From a virus (lineage: Duplodnaviria > Caudoviricetes): 60,849 nucleotides of DNA. Shown here one piece after another: positions 48,056 through 57,133 of the stretch. Position 1 is the first letter of the stretch. Every line of letters begins with the position of its first letter. The notes under the pieces are model-generated. The model made no database searches and was not told where the DNA came from. It worked only from the letters and a program-made list of their open reading frames with translations. The position numbers and the translations under genes are program-made. The stretch lies in IMG/VR virus record IMGVR_UViG_3300007734_000735, positions 1 to 60,849 of that record; one strand, written 5' to 3'.

Positions 48056-48442
48056 ATGGCTAAACCTAAACCTTTCAAAGTTAGTGACGAAACCCGATTT
48101 ACGGTTCTAGGGCGTAACGGCTACAAATGCGAAAAGTGTGGCGAGGACTTTTTATGGGGCGTATCAGTTCACCATAGACGACCTCGAATGATGGGAGGCT
48201 CAAAGAATGAGTTGCTCCATCAACCTGCAAACTTGATTGCATTATGTGGCTCAGGAACTACTGGGTGTCACGGCTGGGTTGAATCTCATCGGGATAAAGC
48301 CCGTGAGTTAGGTTATCTGATTATGAAAGTTGAATCAGCCGAAGATATACCATTTTGTGACAATTCGGGCAAATGGTGGAAAATAGACAATTTAGGACAA
48401 AAAGAGCAACTTGACACAAATGGGGCAAACTTTGATGCTTAG
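48056..48442 (+). CDS. HNH endonuclease
   Basis: CEKC..HHRRPR..NLIALCG..GCH. Confidence 0.85.
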   Translation: MAKPKPFKVSDETRFTVLGRNGYKCEKCGEDFLWGVSVHHRRPRMMGGSKNELLHQPANLIALCGSGTTGCHGWVESHRDKARELGYLIMKVESAEDIPFCDNSGKWWKIDNLGQKEQLDTNGANFDA

Positions 48443-48445
48443 CCC

Positions 48446-48856
48446 ATGGATTGTTTATGTCGCATCGAAGAAGCAGAACAAGTTGTTTATCGACTTGAGT
48501 ACAACCAGCGTCCTTGGACGACCAACGCTGAACGCGCTGGGAACCGATGGGAAAGAGCAACACTCACGAAAGAGTGGAGACTCGGTTTTCAACTTTTGGC
48601 TAAAAGTGAGAGGATACCTCCTATGGCGTGGATTAGCGTCACAGTTGAACCTCATCAGAAAGGTGGTCGCCTTCAAGATGTAGGTGCATGTAATCCATCT
48701 GTCAAGGCAGCGATTGATGGAATTGTAGATGCAGGAGTTTTACCTGACGACTCTTCACAGTATGTGAAATCGTTAATTTATTTACCACCAAGGAATGATA
48801 AAAATTCATTGGTTCTTTACATACGAGGAGTAGAAAAAGAGAGGAAGTTTAGATGA
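48446..48856 (+). CDS. RusA-like Holliday junction resolvase
   Basis: D......KAAIDGIVDAGVLPDDS. Confidence 0.7.
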   Translation: MDCLCRIEEAEQVVYRLEYNQRPWTTNAERAGNRWERATLTKEWRLGFQLLAKSERIPPMAWISVTVEPHQKGGRLQDVGACNPSVKAAIDGIVDAGVLPDDSSQYVKSLIYLPPRNDKNSLVLYIRGVEKERKFR

Positions 48857-49059
48857 ACACAGAATTCTTTTGGACAGCAGTTGCACTTGCTTTTGCAGGT
48901 TTAATTATTCTGCCGTTTTATCTAGCGATGCTCATTGCCTACGATAAATCAAAATCAAAAACAACATTAGAGTTTTTGGCAACAGCCAATCACATTGAAA
49001 AGAAAGTTAAATTCGATGAAGCAGTCGAACGCCTGTTCGAAGAGGGAGTAACAGAATGA
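48853..49059 (+). CDS. Small membrane protein
   Basis: N-terminal TM; ATGA overlaps. Confidence 0.65.
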   Translation: MNTEFFWTAVALAFAGLIILPFYLAMLIAYDKSKSKTTLEFLATANHIEKKVKFDEAVERLFEEGVTE

Positions 49060-49355
49060 CAACAGTAATGGAAGCAACGGAGTTAGACGGTAAGGGTCTT
49101 GACGAGGTAAAGATTTTGACTGATGCTATTCGTACTCATCAATCACAAATTCAAGATTTAGGTAAACGACGCAAGCAGTTGATTTTGCGCCTTCGTAAAC
49201 AGCGCATCACATATCGTGAGATTGCTGAAGCCATGGGAGTATCAGAGCAGTTGATTTACAAAATCATCCGCAATGACATTTCGAGAGAGCCTGAGTTCGA
49301 TTCTCAAGGCAATCTTGTTCGCAGACGAGGACGCCCAGCGAAACCAACTTTGTAA
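49056..49355 (+). CDS. HTH DNA-binding protein with AT-hook-like RRGRP
   Basis: TYREIAEAMGVSEQLIYKI. Confidence 0.75.
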   Translation: MTTVMEATELDGKGLDEVKILTDAIRTHQSQIQDLGKRRKQLILRLRKQRITYREIAEAMGVSEQLIYKIIRNDISREPEFDSQGNLVRRRGRPAKPTL

Positions 49356-50446
49356 TGAAGTTTATTGAACTTTTTGCTGGTATCGGAGCCTTTCGCCTAG
49401 GACTTGAGAACACAGGTCATGAGTGCGTGTGGGCTAACGAATGGTTAGAGAGACCGAGGAAAATCTATGCCCGAAATTTCGGAGAACAACCCGACGGAAG
49501 AGACATTCGAACTATTTCCGTTGGAGACATTCCAAACGCAGACCTCCTTGTTGGAGGATTTCCTTGTGCCACTTTTAGCATTGCAGGTAAACGAACGGGA
49601 TTCTCTTTGGAGGACACAAGAGGCACTCTTGCTTTTGAAATGTTTCGACTCGCTCGGGATAAAGGAATACCGTACCTTCTCTTTGAAAATGTCAAAGGAC
49701 TCCTCAACCACGACGGAGGAAGAACCTTCGGAATCATCTTGGAAGTCTTGGATGGGATGGGGTATGACTGTCAATGGGAGTTGCTTGACAGCCAAAATTT
49801 TGGAGTCCCACAGCATCGAGAAAGGGTTTTCCTTATCGGACATCTTAGAGGAGAACCCCGACCAAAAGTATTTCCTATCGGAATCACAGGTAGAGAGAAT
49901 GATGAGCCGTACCAAGGCAAACAAGGAAGAAGGCAGGGGCTTTTCTCCGACATTTCTCCAACGCTCGATGCCCATTATTACAAAGGGGGAGCATCTCGAC
50001 CTTATGTAATGGATGATGTACCTGAGTTCGAAGTGGCTCAATGGCGTCGGGGTTATTTCCGCCCATATAAGTCACAGGGAGTTCCGACTCTTACAGCCAA
50101 TATGGGTACAGGCGGACACAATGTTCCTTTTGTAAAACCTATTATGGATGTTGCCCGATTCAACAAGAGTCCAAACGGGCGCATGATTAAAGATGATAAC
50201 GACCCGATGTACACAGTTACCGCTCAAGATAGGCACGGAGTTGTTATTGGAGATGAAGAATCAGTTTCAATAAGAAAACTCACACCGCTTGAGTGTGAAA
50301 GATTGCAAGGTTTCCCCGATGGATGGACAGAGTTCTACGACGACGGAAAGAAGGTTTCAGATGCCGAACGATATGAGCGGTGCGGACGAACAATCAGCAT
50401 CCCAGTTGTGGAAGCGATTGGAAGAAAACTTCATGAGTTCTACTGA
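49355..50446 (+). CDS. C5 cytosine DNA methyltransferase family (possible carboxymethyltransferase)
   Basis: FAGIG, GFPC, ENV, QHRER, LTPLECERLQGFP; motif X reads CGRT instead of GNS. Confidence 0.9.
   Translation: MKFIELFAGIGAFRLGLENTGHECVWANEWLERPRKIYARNFGEQPDGRDIRTISVGDIPNADLLVGGFPCATFSIAGKRTGFSLEDTRGTLAFEMFRLARDKGIPYLLFENVKGLLNHDGGRTFGIILEVLDGMGYDCQWELLDSQNFGVPQHRERVFLIGHLRGEPRPKVFPIGITGRENDEPYQGKQGRRQGLFSDISPTLDAHYYKGGASRPYVMDDVPEFEVAQWRRGYFRPYKSQGVPTLTANMGTGGHNVPFVKPIMDVARFNKSPNGRMIKDDNDPMYTVTAQDRHGVVIGDEESVSIRKLTPLECERLQGFPDGWTEFYDDGKKVSDAERYERCGRTISIPVVEAIGRKLHEFY
49467..50009 (+). CDS. Nested alternative-frame ORF, probable MTase beta-type subunit
   Basis: 180 aa open +1 frame with SLSDILEENPDQKYFLS; GAGGA upstream. 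Confidence 0.6.
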   Translation: MPEISENNPTEETFELFPLETFQTQTSLLEDFLVPLLALQVNERDSLWRTQEALLLLKCFDSLGIKEYRTFSLKMSKDSSTTTEEEPSESSWKSWMGWGMTVNGSCLTAKILESHSIEKGFSLSDILEENPDQKYFLSESQVERMMSRTKANKEEGRGFSPTFLQRSMPIITKGEHLDLM

Positions 50447-51083
50447 AGCATTTTCTTTTGACACGATAGACAACTTTGATGACCACATTGCTAAGTCAAT
50501 ACCCAACTACCATTTATTAGCAGATGCTATTCGTGACCTATCAACTTTCTTTGCTAAAAAGGATTACACGGTTGTTGATTTAGGATGCTCGACAGGCGCA
50601 CTTCTTGAAAGCATACCTTTCACGGGTGAGAAACTAGGCATTGATATATCAAGCAATCTTTTACCTGAGAGCCACGACAATGTTCAATTCGTTTGCAAGG
50701 ACTTACGCTCATTTCGCAATCTTGGTAACACCCCATCCCTAGTTCTTTCAATCTTCACATTGCAGTTCCTCCCATTGGAGGACAGACAAAATATCTTAGA
50801 TTTGGTTTATGAAGAGTTAGCCGAAGGTGGCGCTTTTATATGGGCAGAGAAATGTTATGAAGAGGACGGAGATATGGAGCATATTTTTAATTTTGCATAT
50901 TATGACTTCAAGGGTAAGCATTTTAGTTCAGACGAGATAATGAGCAAAGAACGAGATTTACGCCCATTGATGAAAACTAAGACAGCCGAGCAAAATCTTG
51001 CTATGGCAGTTGAAGCAGGTTTTGAGAAAGGCGCTTGTTTTTGGAAGTTCTTTAATTTTGAAGCATGGTTGTTTATTAAATGA
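50433..51083 (+). CDS. cmoA: CmoA-like carboxy-SAM synthase
   Basis: FDDHIAKSIPNY, VDLGCSTG, FTLQFL..DR, GG.FI.AEK, FFNF. Confidence 0.75.
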   Translation: MSSTEAFSFDTIDNFDDHIAKSIPNYHLLADAIRDLSTFFAKKDYTVVDLGCSTGALLESIPFTGEKLGIDISSNLLPESHDNVQFVCKDLRSFRNLGNTPSLVLSIFTLQFLPLEDRQNILDLVYEELAEGGAFIWAEKCYEEDGDMEHIFNFAYYDFKGKHFSSDEIMSKERDLRPLMKTKTAEQNLAMAVEAGFEKGACFWKFFNFEAWLFIK

Positions 51084-52267
51084 AAGCCAACATTAAGGTA
51101 GGACAAGTTGCGTCAGTTCCAATTAACTCGCTTGAGGCTTACCCAACCAATCCGCGCCGTGGAGACATCGATGCAATTGCACAATCCCTTAAAGCGCACG
51201 GGCAATACCGCCCTATCGTCGTCCAGTATGGTACGAATTTTATCCTTGCTGGCAATCACACCTACAAAGCGGCGAAGAAACTTGGCTGGAAGAAAATTAA
51301 GATTACTTATATTGAAGTTGATGAGACGACAGCCCGAAGAATAGTTCTAGCCGATAACCGCTTGACCGACCTTGCAGGATATAACGAGCCACTTCTGAAG
51401 AGTTTGCTTCAAGCCTTGCCTGAGTTGGATGGCACAGGTTTTAGCGCCTCTGAAGTTGAGACCCTTGACAGATTGACTAGCGGTGAGGATAAATCCAACA
51501 TAGGGGGCAATAGGAACCTTCCAAGTGAACCTGAAGTAAAGATAGGGGCATGGAAGTTTATAGTTGAGAGCGAGGCTTACAAGGCTTGGAAAGAGCAGTT
51601 ATACAGCGAGGCACCGACAAAACAAAAAGCCATCAAACTTATCAAGGAGCGCCTTGGCTTTCCTGAGCGCAAACCAGTTGAGCCTGAGCCAAAAGGAGAG
51701 AAGAGCGATACCAGCATTGAGGATGTTGAAACAGTTGGCATCAATAAGATAAAGATTCACCCTATGAACCCGCGTGAGGGCGATATAGGCTCGATTATTG
51801 AGTCCCTGACACACATGGGTCAATACCGACCTATCGTGGTAAATAAACGGACACAGCACATAGTTTCGGGAAATCACACATATCAAGGGGCAGTTCAATT
51901 AGGATGGGAAAAAATTGCGGTTCATTGGATTGATGTCGATGAGATTGAGGAAATTAAAATCCTTATCGTTGATAACCGAACCAGCGACCTTGCAACCTAC
52001 GACCCACAGGAGTTGAACAAACTTCTCACGACAACAAACCTTAGAGGCACGGGTTTTAGCCCTGAAGAAGTGGCTGAGATTCTCGCGGGGGGAAAATCCA
52101 AGCCAGGGCATATTCCTGTGGGTCGCTCTACAATTCGAGTTGGCGAACACTCAATGAGAGTTCATACTGAAGATTTGAATGAATGGGCTAACGCTATCTA
52201 TAACTGGAAAGACATCGCGCAGTTACTCGGGCTACCACTTGAAGCATGTTCGATAGAGGTAGAATAA
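51080..52267 (+). CDS. Tandem double ParB/Srx-like domain protein
   Basis: Two copies of P.NPR.GDI..I..SL...GQYRPIVV...GNHTY..A..LGW..DNR. Confidence 0.8.
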   Translation: MKANIKVGQVASVPINSLEAYPTNPRRGDIDAIAQSLKAHGQYRPIVVQYGTNFILAGNHTYKAAKKLGWKKIKITYIEVDETTARRIVLADNRLTDLAGYNEPLLKSLLQALPELDGTGFSASEVETLDRLTSGEDKSNIGGNRNLPSEPEVKIGAWKFIVESEAYKAWKEQLYSEAPTKQKAIKLIKERLGFPERKPVEPEPKGEKSDTSIEDVETVGINKIKIHPMNPREGDIGSIIESLTHMGQYRPIVVNKRTQHIVSGNHTYQGAVQLGWEKIAVHWIDVDEIEEIKILIVDNRTSDLATYDPQELNKLLTTTNLRGTGFSPEEVAEILAGGKSKPGHIPVGRSTIRVGEHSMRVHTEDLNEWANAIYNWKDIAQLLGLPLEACSIEVE

Positions 52268-52271
52268 ACCT

Positions 52272-52400
52272 ATGGAGAAAAAGATTGGTAAGCGTTGGCT
52301 CGTATGGGGTCGAACAAGCGGACTCGCCATTGGATTCACTATTTCGAAATATAACTTTTATGTTGAATTAGGGTTTTGGTACATAGGGATGGAATTTTAA
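52272..52400 (+). CDS. 42 aa protein, probably leaderless
   Basis: TAGAAT 6 nt before ATG; TAATG coupling to TerS. Confidence 0.55.
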   Translation: MEKKIGKRWLVWGRTSGLAIGFTISKYNFYVELGFWYIGMEF

Positions 52401-52912
52401 TGACAACCGTAGTTGAAAAGAAGAAACCAACAGCAAAGCCAAAGAGTAATGCTGGACGCAAGACAGCATTGCTTGATGTCACTAAGGAGCAAACTCTTCT
52501 TGATTACATCAGAATTGGAACACCTGTTCGAAAGGCAGTCACCGCTTCAGGGATAGCAGAAAAAACTTTCTATAACTGGATGAGTCGAGGATTGGCAGAG
52601 CGTGAGCGCTTATCAATGTCGATGACAGCAAAATCTAATCCAACTGAAGTTGTATTTCTGCAATTTTTACAGCGTGTTGAGCAAGCAAGAGCAGAGGCGA
52701 TTACTAAAAAAGTTGCAGTTATTGCTAAGAGCGGTAACGATGGTGATTGGAGAGCGGCGGCGTGGTGGTTAGAGCGTCAAGTTCCCGAGGAGTTTGGCAA
52801 GACAGAAAAGTTTGAAATCGGTGGCAACAATGGAGACCCAATTAAAATCCAAGTTGAAATGGGCGACTTAGAAGATAAGATTGCAAAAGTTCTAGCGATT
52901 CGTAAGAGGTAA
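52400..52912 (+). CDS. terS: Terminase small subunit
   Basis: GRKT..HTH..TFYNW; WRAAAWWLER..PEEFG; upstream of TerL. Confidence 0.8.
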   Translation: MTTVVEKKKPTAKPKSNAGRKTALLDVTKEQTLLDYIRIGTPVRKAVTASGIAEKTFYNWMSRGLAERERLSMSMTAKSNPTEVVFLQFLQRVEQARAEAITKKVAVIAKSGNDGDWRAAAWWLERQVPEEFGKTEKFEIGGNNGDPIKIQVEMGDLEDKIAKVLAIRKR

Positions 52913-52914
52913 AA

Positions 52915-54513
52915 ATGGGTGAACGGCTCGTAGACCTCGTTCTCAATGCCACGCCTGAAGAGCGAACAAAGATTTATCTTTCACTAACAGATGATGAGAA
53001 GTACGCGCTATCGGTCATCCTTGATGCTGAGTTAGAAAACCCATGGGCGCGTTGGGAGAATGACCCCATTGGATTTATTGAAGATGGTCTAGGAGAATCG
53101 TTGTGGTCAAAGCAACGAGACATCCTTGAATCGATTCGAGATAACAAAAGAACCGTAGTCCCAGCATGTCACGCGCCTGGAAAATCTCACCTAGCCTCAA
53201 GAGCCGTTGCATGGTGGATTGCAGTTCATCCTCCTGGGACAGCCATCGCGATTACTACAGCATCAACTTTCAAACAGGTTCGAAACATTATGTGGGCGCA
53301 GATTCGAAAAGTTCACATGAATCATGAACTTCCTGGGGAAATCCTCACGACTGAGTGGAAGATGGAAGGCACCGTAGTTGCATACGGATTCCGCCCTGCT
53401 GATAACAATGAGGCGGCGGTTCAGGGTATTCACGCACCTCACCTTTTGATTGTGGTCGATGAGGCTGGAGGTATCTCGGACAAGATTGGTGGCGCACTTG
53501 AAGCGCTCATGACAGGTGGACACACACGCCTTCTTGTACTGGGAAACCCACCTACTGACCAAGAGCAGACTTGGTTTGAAAGAATCTGTGCAAGTCCGCT
53601 TTACAACATCTTGCCCATTAGCGCTTTTGAAACACCAAACTTCACGGGTGAGGAAACTGGTCAATGTCGCTCATGCCCATCCCATGTCGAGGCTCACGAA
53701 GTTGCCACGCACTTAGTAGATAAAACTTGGGTCGATGATGTCATTAGCGAGTTCGGAGAAGATTCTCCATTTGTTGAAGCCCGTGTTCATGCACGATTCC
53801 CACAAACGGGAACAGGCAAGGTTATTCCCTACCATTGGGCGGAGTTGGCTACACAAAACGAAGAGATGCTGGAAAGCGCAGTTATCCGATTGGGTGTGGA
53901 TATTGCATCCGATGGTGGAGATGAATTCGTTATCGCTAAGGCTGATGGATATGTCGCCTCGATTATTCATCGCAGTTCAGGCAAGGTCAATGCAAACGCT
54001 GTAGATGTCGCGGGCGTGGTCATTGCTGAGATTGAAAAGGCAGTTGCTATCCACAAAGACAGAGGCGTATCTGATTTAGTACGCGTCAAGATTGACACGA
54101 TTGGAGTTGGCTGGGGTGTCGTATCACTTTTGGATAGATGGGTAAAAGAGCGCCAATTGCGAGCGTTGGTTATTGGTGTCAATGTAGCCGAGAAACCTAA
54201 AGACCAAACCAAGTTTAAGAATCAAAGAGCCGAAATGTGGTGGAACGCTCGAAACCTTTTGCAACCTCGAGATGATAAACAAGAATTACGCCTTGATGTG
54301 GATAGACAGGTTTTGGCACAGTTGGCAGGACCAACCTATAAATCTGATTCTTCAGGTCGCATACAGATTGAAGCCAAGGCTGATATGAAACGGCGTGGAG
54401 TTCACAGCCCTGACCGCGCTGAAGCAATACTTTTAGCCGTGTACGAAAACAAGAACATTATTCCTGCTGTTGCGCCTATCTCGATTGGACAAACAAATCC
54501 ATGGACAATGTAA
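52915..54513 (+). CDS. terL: Terminase large subunit
   Basis: Walker A HAPGKS, Walker B IVVDEA, LGNP, GVDIA, SPDRAEA. Confidence 0.92.
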   Translation: MGERLVDLVLNATPEERTKIYLSLTDDEKYALSVILDAELENPWARWENDPIGFIEDGLGESLWSKQRDILESIRDNKRTVVPACHAPGKSHLASRAVAWWIAVHPPGTAIAITTASTFKQVRNIMWAQIRKVHMNHELPGEILTTEWKMEGTVVAYGFRPADNNEAAVQGIHAPHLLIVVDEAGGISDKIGGALEALMTGGHTRLLVLGNPPTDQEQTWFERICASPLYNILPISAFETPNFTGEETGQCRSCPSHVEAHEVATHLVDKTWVDDVISEFGEDSPFVEARVHARFPQTGTGKVIPYHWAELATQNEEMLESAVIRLGVDIASDGGDEFVIAKADGYVASIIHRSSGKVNANAVDVAGVVIAEIEKAVAIHKDRGVSDLVRVKIDTIGVGWGVVSLLDRWVKERQLRALVIGVNVAEKPKDQTKFKNQRAEMWWNARNLLQPRDDKQELRLDVDRQVLAQLAGPTYKSDSSGRIQIEAKADMKRRGVHSPDRAEAILLAVYENKNIIPAVAPISIGQTNPWTM

Positions 54514-54881
54514 ACCGCTCCGACTTTGATTTAGATTTACGGTACGGGCAAGAAGGTGAGTCCTACATTAAATCTATACTAAACATAGAGACTGTAGAGG
54601 TAAAGCGAGATAAGCGCTGGAAAAATACTGGGAACCTTTTTATCGAAGTTTGGTGCTGGAGCGATAACAATTCTAAATGGTATCCATCAGGATTGCAGAC
54701 GAGCAAAGCAACGCATTGGGCTTTCGTGCTGGAGGAGATGGCATTTATTTTGCCTACCGAGCAGTTGAAGAAAACCGTTGAGAAGTACGGGCATCCGATT
54801 GAATGTTCGATTCCGCCTAATTACTCAAAGGGCTATCTCATCAAGGTTACTGATTTACTTCAGGTGGCAAGAGGGTTTTAA
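54501..54881 (+). CDS. PD-(D/E)XK-like nuclease-fold protein
   Basis: VEVKRD...TGNLFIE...PSGL..SKA.HW. Confidence 0.6.
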   Translation: MDNVNRSDFDLDLRYGQEGESYIKSILNIETVEVKRDKRWKNTGNLFIEVWCWSDNNSKWYPSGLQTSKATHWAFVLEEMAFILPTEQLKKTVEKYGHPIECSIPPNYSKGYLIKVTDLLQVARGF

Positions 54882-55047
54882 CCCCAGTTTTTTTCCACTC
54901 CTGAATTATCTCTACGCCTTTTTCAAAACCATGCTCGTTGAGCAATATCTGACATTGCCTCAAGGTGAGACCTGTGTGTGGATGAGAGGACGAGAGGATT
55001 CCCGTTCCAAACTCATCCACAAGTTCGTTGAGTATCTCGTCGCTCAA
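54847..55047 (-). CDS. Hypothetical protein
   Basis: 66 aa, end of minus-strand operon. Confidence 0.6.
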   Translation of the reverse strand: MSDEILNELVDEFGTGILSSSHPHTGLTLRQCQILLNEHGFEKGVEIIQEWKKTGVKTLLPPEVNQ

Positions 55048-55439
55048 GAAAAGACACTCTCAGGCTGGATGTCATAAACAGATTCATAGAGCAGTTGTCC
55101 GCTTTCCCAATCTGACCAGTCGCCATCGCTGGAGATTTTGATATTGTCGCCAAAGATTTTCTTAGCAAGAATTAGTGAAGCAGTCACCGCTGTGTCGTAA
55201 GGCTTTTGAGCAGTCTTGCAGAAGTTGAAATCAACCCCGTCAGCGCTCACGAAGAATGATTCATGAGCATTGGCTCCGACTCCGTTGAATACAATTTTGT
55301 CATCGCCATACTCTTCATCGGCAATCTCGATTCCTGCCTCTTGAGCAGTAGCCACTAATTGCTTAACACCTTCAGCGAATTCAATGAACTTTTCTCGGGA
55401 TGGTTCCTCAATAAAGTTCCAGTAATGTGTGTACCCCAT
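55044..55439 (-). CDS. Conserved phage protein (MGYTHYW)
   Basis: HESF, FCKTAQKPYD..V, SSDG. Confidence 0.75.
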   Translation of the reverse strand: MGYTHYWNFIEEPSREKFIEFAEGVKQLVATAQEAGIEIADEEYGDDKIVFNGVGANAHESFFVSADGVDFNFCKTAQKPYDTAVTASLILAKKIFGDNIKISSDGDWSDWESGQLLYESVYDIQPESVFS

Positions 55440-55440
55440 T

Positions 55441-55797
55441 TTATGCAACCTCTTTCTCTAGGCATCGGTTTCTCCACCAAGCACCCTCAAGAGTTTTTGC
55501 TGGAGTTAGAACATTGATAAATGATTTAGGAGCCTCGTAGTAATAAGGCTGTTCTGATTCGCCCATGACCTTAACAGCCATGGAACCATTCTTGCGTCGA
55601 GTTAGAAACACACACGCAAAGATTGAGTTGTCATCTAGTTTCTTGAGGGCTACATAGAAAGCCTTTTGACCTCCTACATTCTTGCCTTCAAAAACTTTTA
55701 CTGGCTCGTAAACACCGTCATAAGTAGTTTTGAGATACCAGTTAATAAATTTCTTGGTGCTGATATTGCTACCAACCTGAGTTACATCCCACCCCAT
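55441..55797 (-). CDS. Hypothetical protein
   Basis: MGW start, K.M.ES..PYYY.AP, WRNRC. Confidence 0.75.
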   Translation of the reverse strand: MGWDVTQVGSNISTKKFINWYLKTTYDGVYEPVKVFEGKNVGGQKAFYVALKKLDDNSIFACVFLTRRKNGSMAVKVMGESEQPYYYEAPKSFINVLTPAKTLEGAWWRNRCLEKEVA

Positions 55798-56169
55798 TTA
55801 TGCCACCGCCTTTTCTTTGATGATGTTTTCAACAGTTTGAGCGTGTTGCTTGAAGATTGATTTGAACAATTCTTCTTCGCCAACAATCCACTTGCCAATA
55901 TCCTTGATGCCAAATTCGCGCTTGTCGTATCTATCTCCAGCCTTGCCATTCTTTAAGATAGATACATAACTGACCTTGATGTATGGCTCAGGAATATAAG
56001 CGCCATCTTCCCAAACGCTTTGAATGTACACATAGTTTAAGTAAAACTCCTTGTCAAAGATTTTGACCTTGACTGGGTTTTCCTCAGTTGAGAAACTTAA
56101 ACTTGTGTTTGCTTCATGATGAACAGTTGTAACAGTCTTGCCACTAGATTCAATTTGATATTTACTCAT
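55798..56169 (-). CDS. Hypothetical protein
   Basis: 123 aa in operon. Confidence 0.7.
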   Translation of the reverse strand: MSKYQIESSGKTVTTVHHEANTSLSFSTEENPVKVKIFDKEFYLNYVYIQSVWEDGAYIPEPYIKVSYVSILKNGKAGDRYDKREFGIKDIGKWIVGEEELFKSIFKQHAQTVENIIKEKAVA

Positions 56170-56381
56170 TAGTTGCTCACCCCAATTCCGAATTCTTCAC
56201 GGACAGCCTGTTGAGTTGCTCTTTTGATTTCGCCAACAGCCCACTCAAAGTTTTCTTTGTTAGCGATGTTTTCTACATGAACACCAGTTTCTTTTGTGCC
56301 GTAGTAGATTTCATAGATGCCATAGCCTTCAACTTTGTAAAGGCGATACTGACCAATCTTCTTGACTGCTTTCTGAGCCAT
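56169..56381 (-). CDS. Hypothetical early protein
   Basis: Own promoter box and GAGAGGAG RBS. Confidence 0.75.
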   Translation of the reverse strand: MAQKAVKKIGQYRLYKVEGYGIYEIYYGTKETGVHVENIANKENFEWAVGEIKRATQQAVREEFGIGVSN

Positions 56382-56408
56382 TTCGTTCTCCTCTCTAAGA
56401 ACAAGTCC

Positions 56409-56428
56409 AGTATATCACAACTGGGGTT
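56409..56428 (-). promoter_or_regulatory. Early promoter
   Basis: AACCCCAGTTGTGATATACT. Confidence 0.7.
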
Positions 56429-56434
56429 AATAAT

Positions 56435-56848
56435 CTAGCAAGTCTGACTTTGACCCTTTGGCTTGCCGTCCCACAAGAACGCGCTAGAGAAAGAGTTCAA
56501 ACTGACACCGTAGCCTGAGAAAGATGGCTGAATCTTCTTGCGCTGGATTGGATGAGTCTTTGTGATGTACTCACCTGCTACATCCCAGTTGCGAACCTGA
56601 TATTCAGGGGAATCAACTGGCACCACATTTTGATGCGCCCAACCAGTTACCTCGACGACCTTCTTGCCAATCTCCTGAATCCACACAGAGAACTCGCTGA
56701 CCTTGACCACTTTGAAAAACTCAATGTTGGTTTGGTCGTAGCCCCATGATGAGTAAAGGATGTCGCCTACCTTTGGCTTAACCCAAAGACCGTTATCAAC
56801 TTTTTGCCCGTTTATCTCAACAACTGTTGCGATGTTATCTACACTCAC
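56435..56848 (-). CDS. Hypothetical protein
   Basis: VGDILYSSWGYDQTNIEFFKV motif. Confidence 0.75.
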   Translation of the reverse strand: MSVDNIATVVEINGQKVDNGLWVKPKVGDILYSSWGYDQTNIEFFKVVKVSEFSVWIQEIGKKVVEVTGWAHQNVVPVDSPEYQVRNWDVAGEYITKTHPIQRKKIQPSFSGYGVSLNSFSSAFLWDGKPKGQSQTC

Positions 56849-57003
56849 TTTGCCACCTCTTCCTTGATAAAGATTGCTTGAATTCTGTACTTACCGCCGA
56901 CCCATGCAGTAGCGGTGATTGCGTAAGCCCTAGCCTCGCCGATTGTTGCAAACTGATACTTTTGCTTTTGACCTTTTATCTCTACTTCGTAGACTTTCTT
57001 CAT
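56845..57003 (-). CDS. Small early protein
   Basis: MKKVYEVEI; GAGAGGA RBS and promoter box. Confidence 0.7.
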   Translation of the reverse strand: MKKVYEVEIKGQKQKYQFATIGEARAYAITATAWVGGKYRIQAIFIKEEVAK

Positions 57004-57027
57004 TCTGTCCTCCTCTCGGACAACACC

Positions 57028-57047
57028 AGTATAACACAACGGGGGTT
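57028..57047 (-). promoter_or_regulatory. Early promoter
   Basis: AACCCCCGTTGTGTTATACT. Confidence 0.7.
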
Positions 57048-57133
57048 AGAAATCATCCCCAAATAGGGCTAAATTTGTCCCTAAATTTAGGGCTAAATAA
57101 TTCGAACAGATGTTCGCCTGATACCCTTAGCGC

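Noticed and set aside
49445-50041. 198 aa minus-strand ORF in the MTase
   Set aside because: No recognisable motif, unlike the +1 sense-frame ORF
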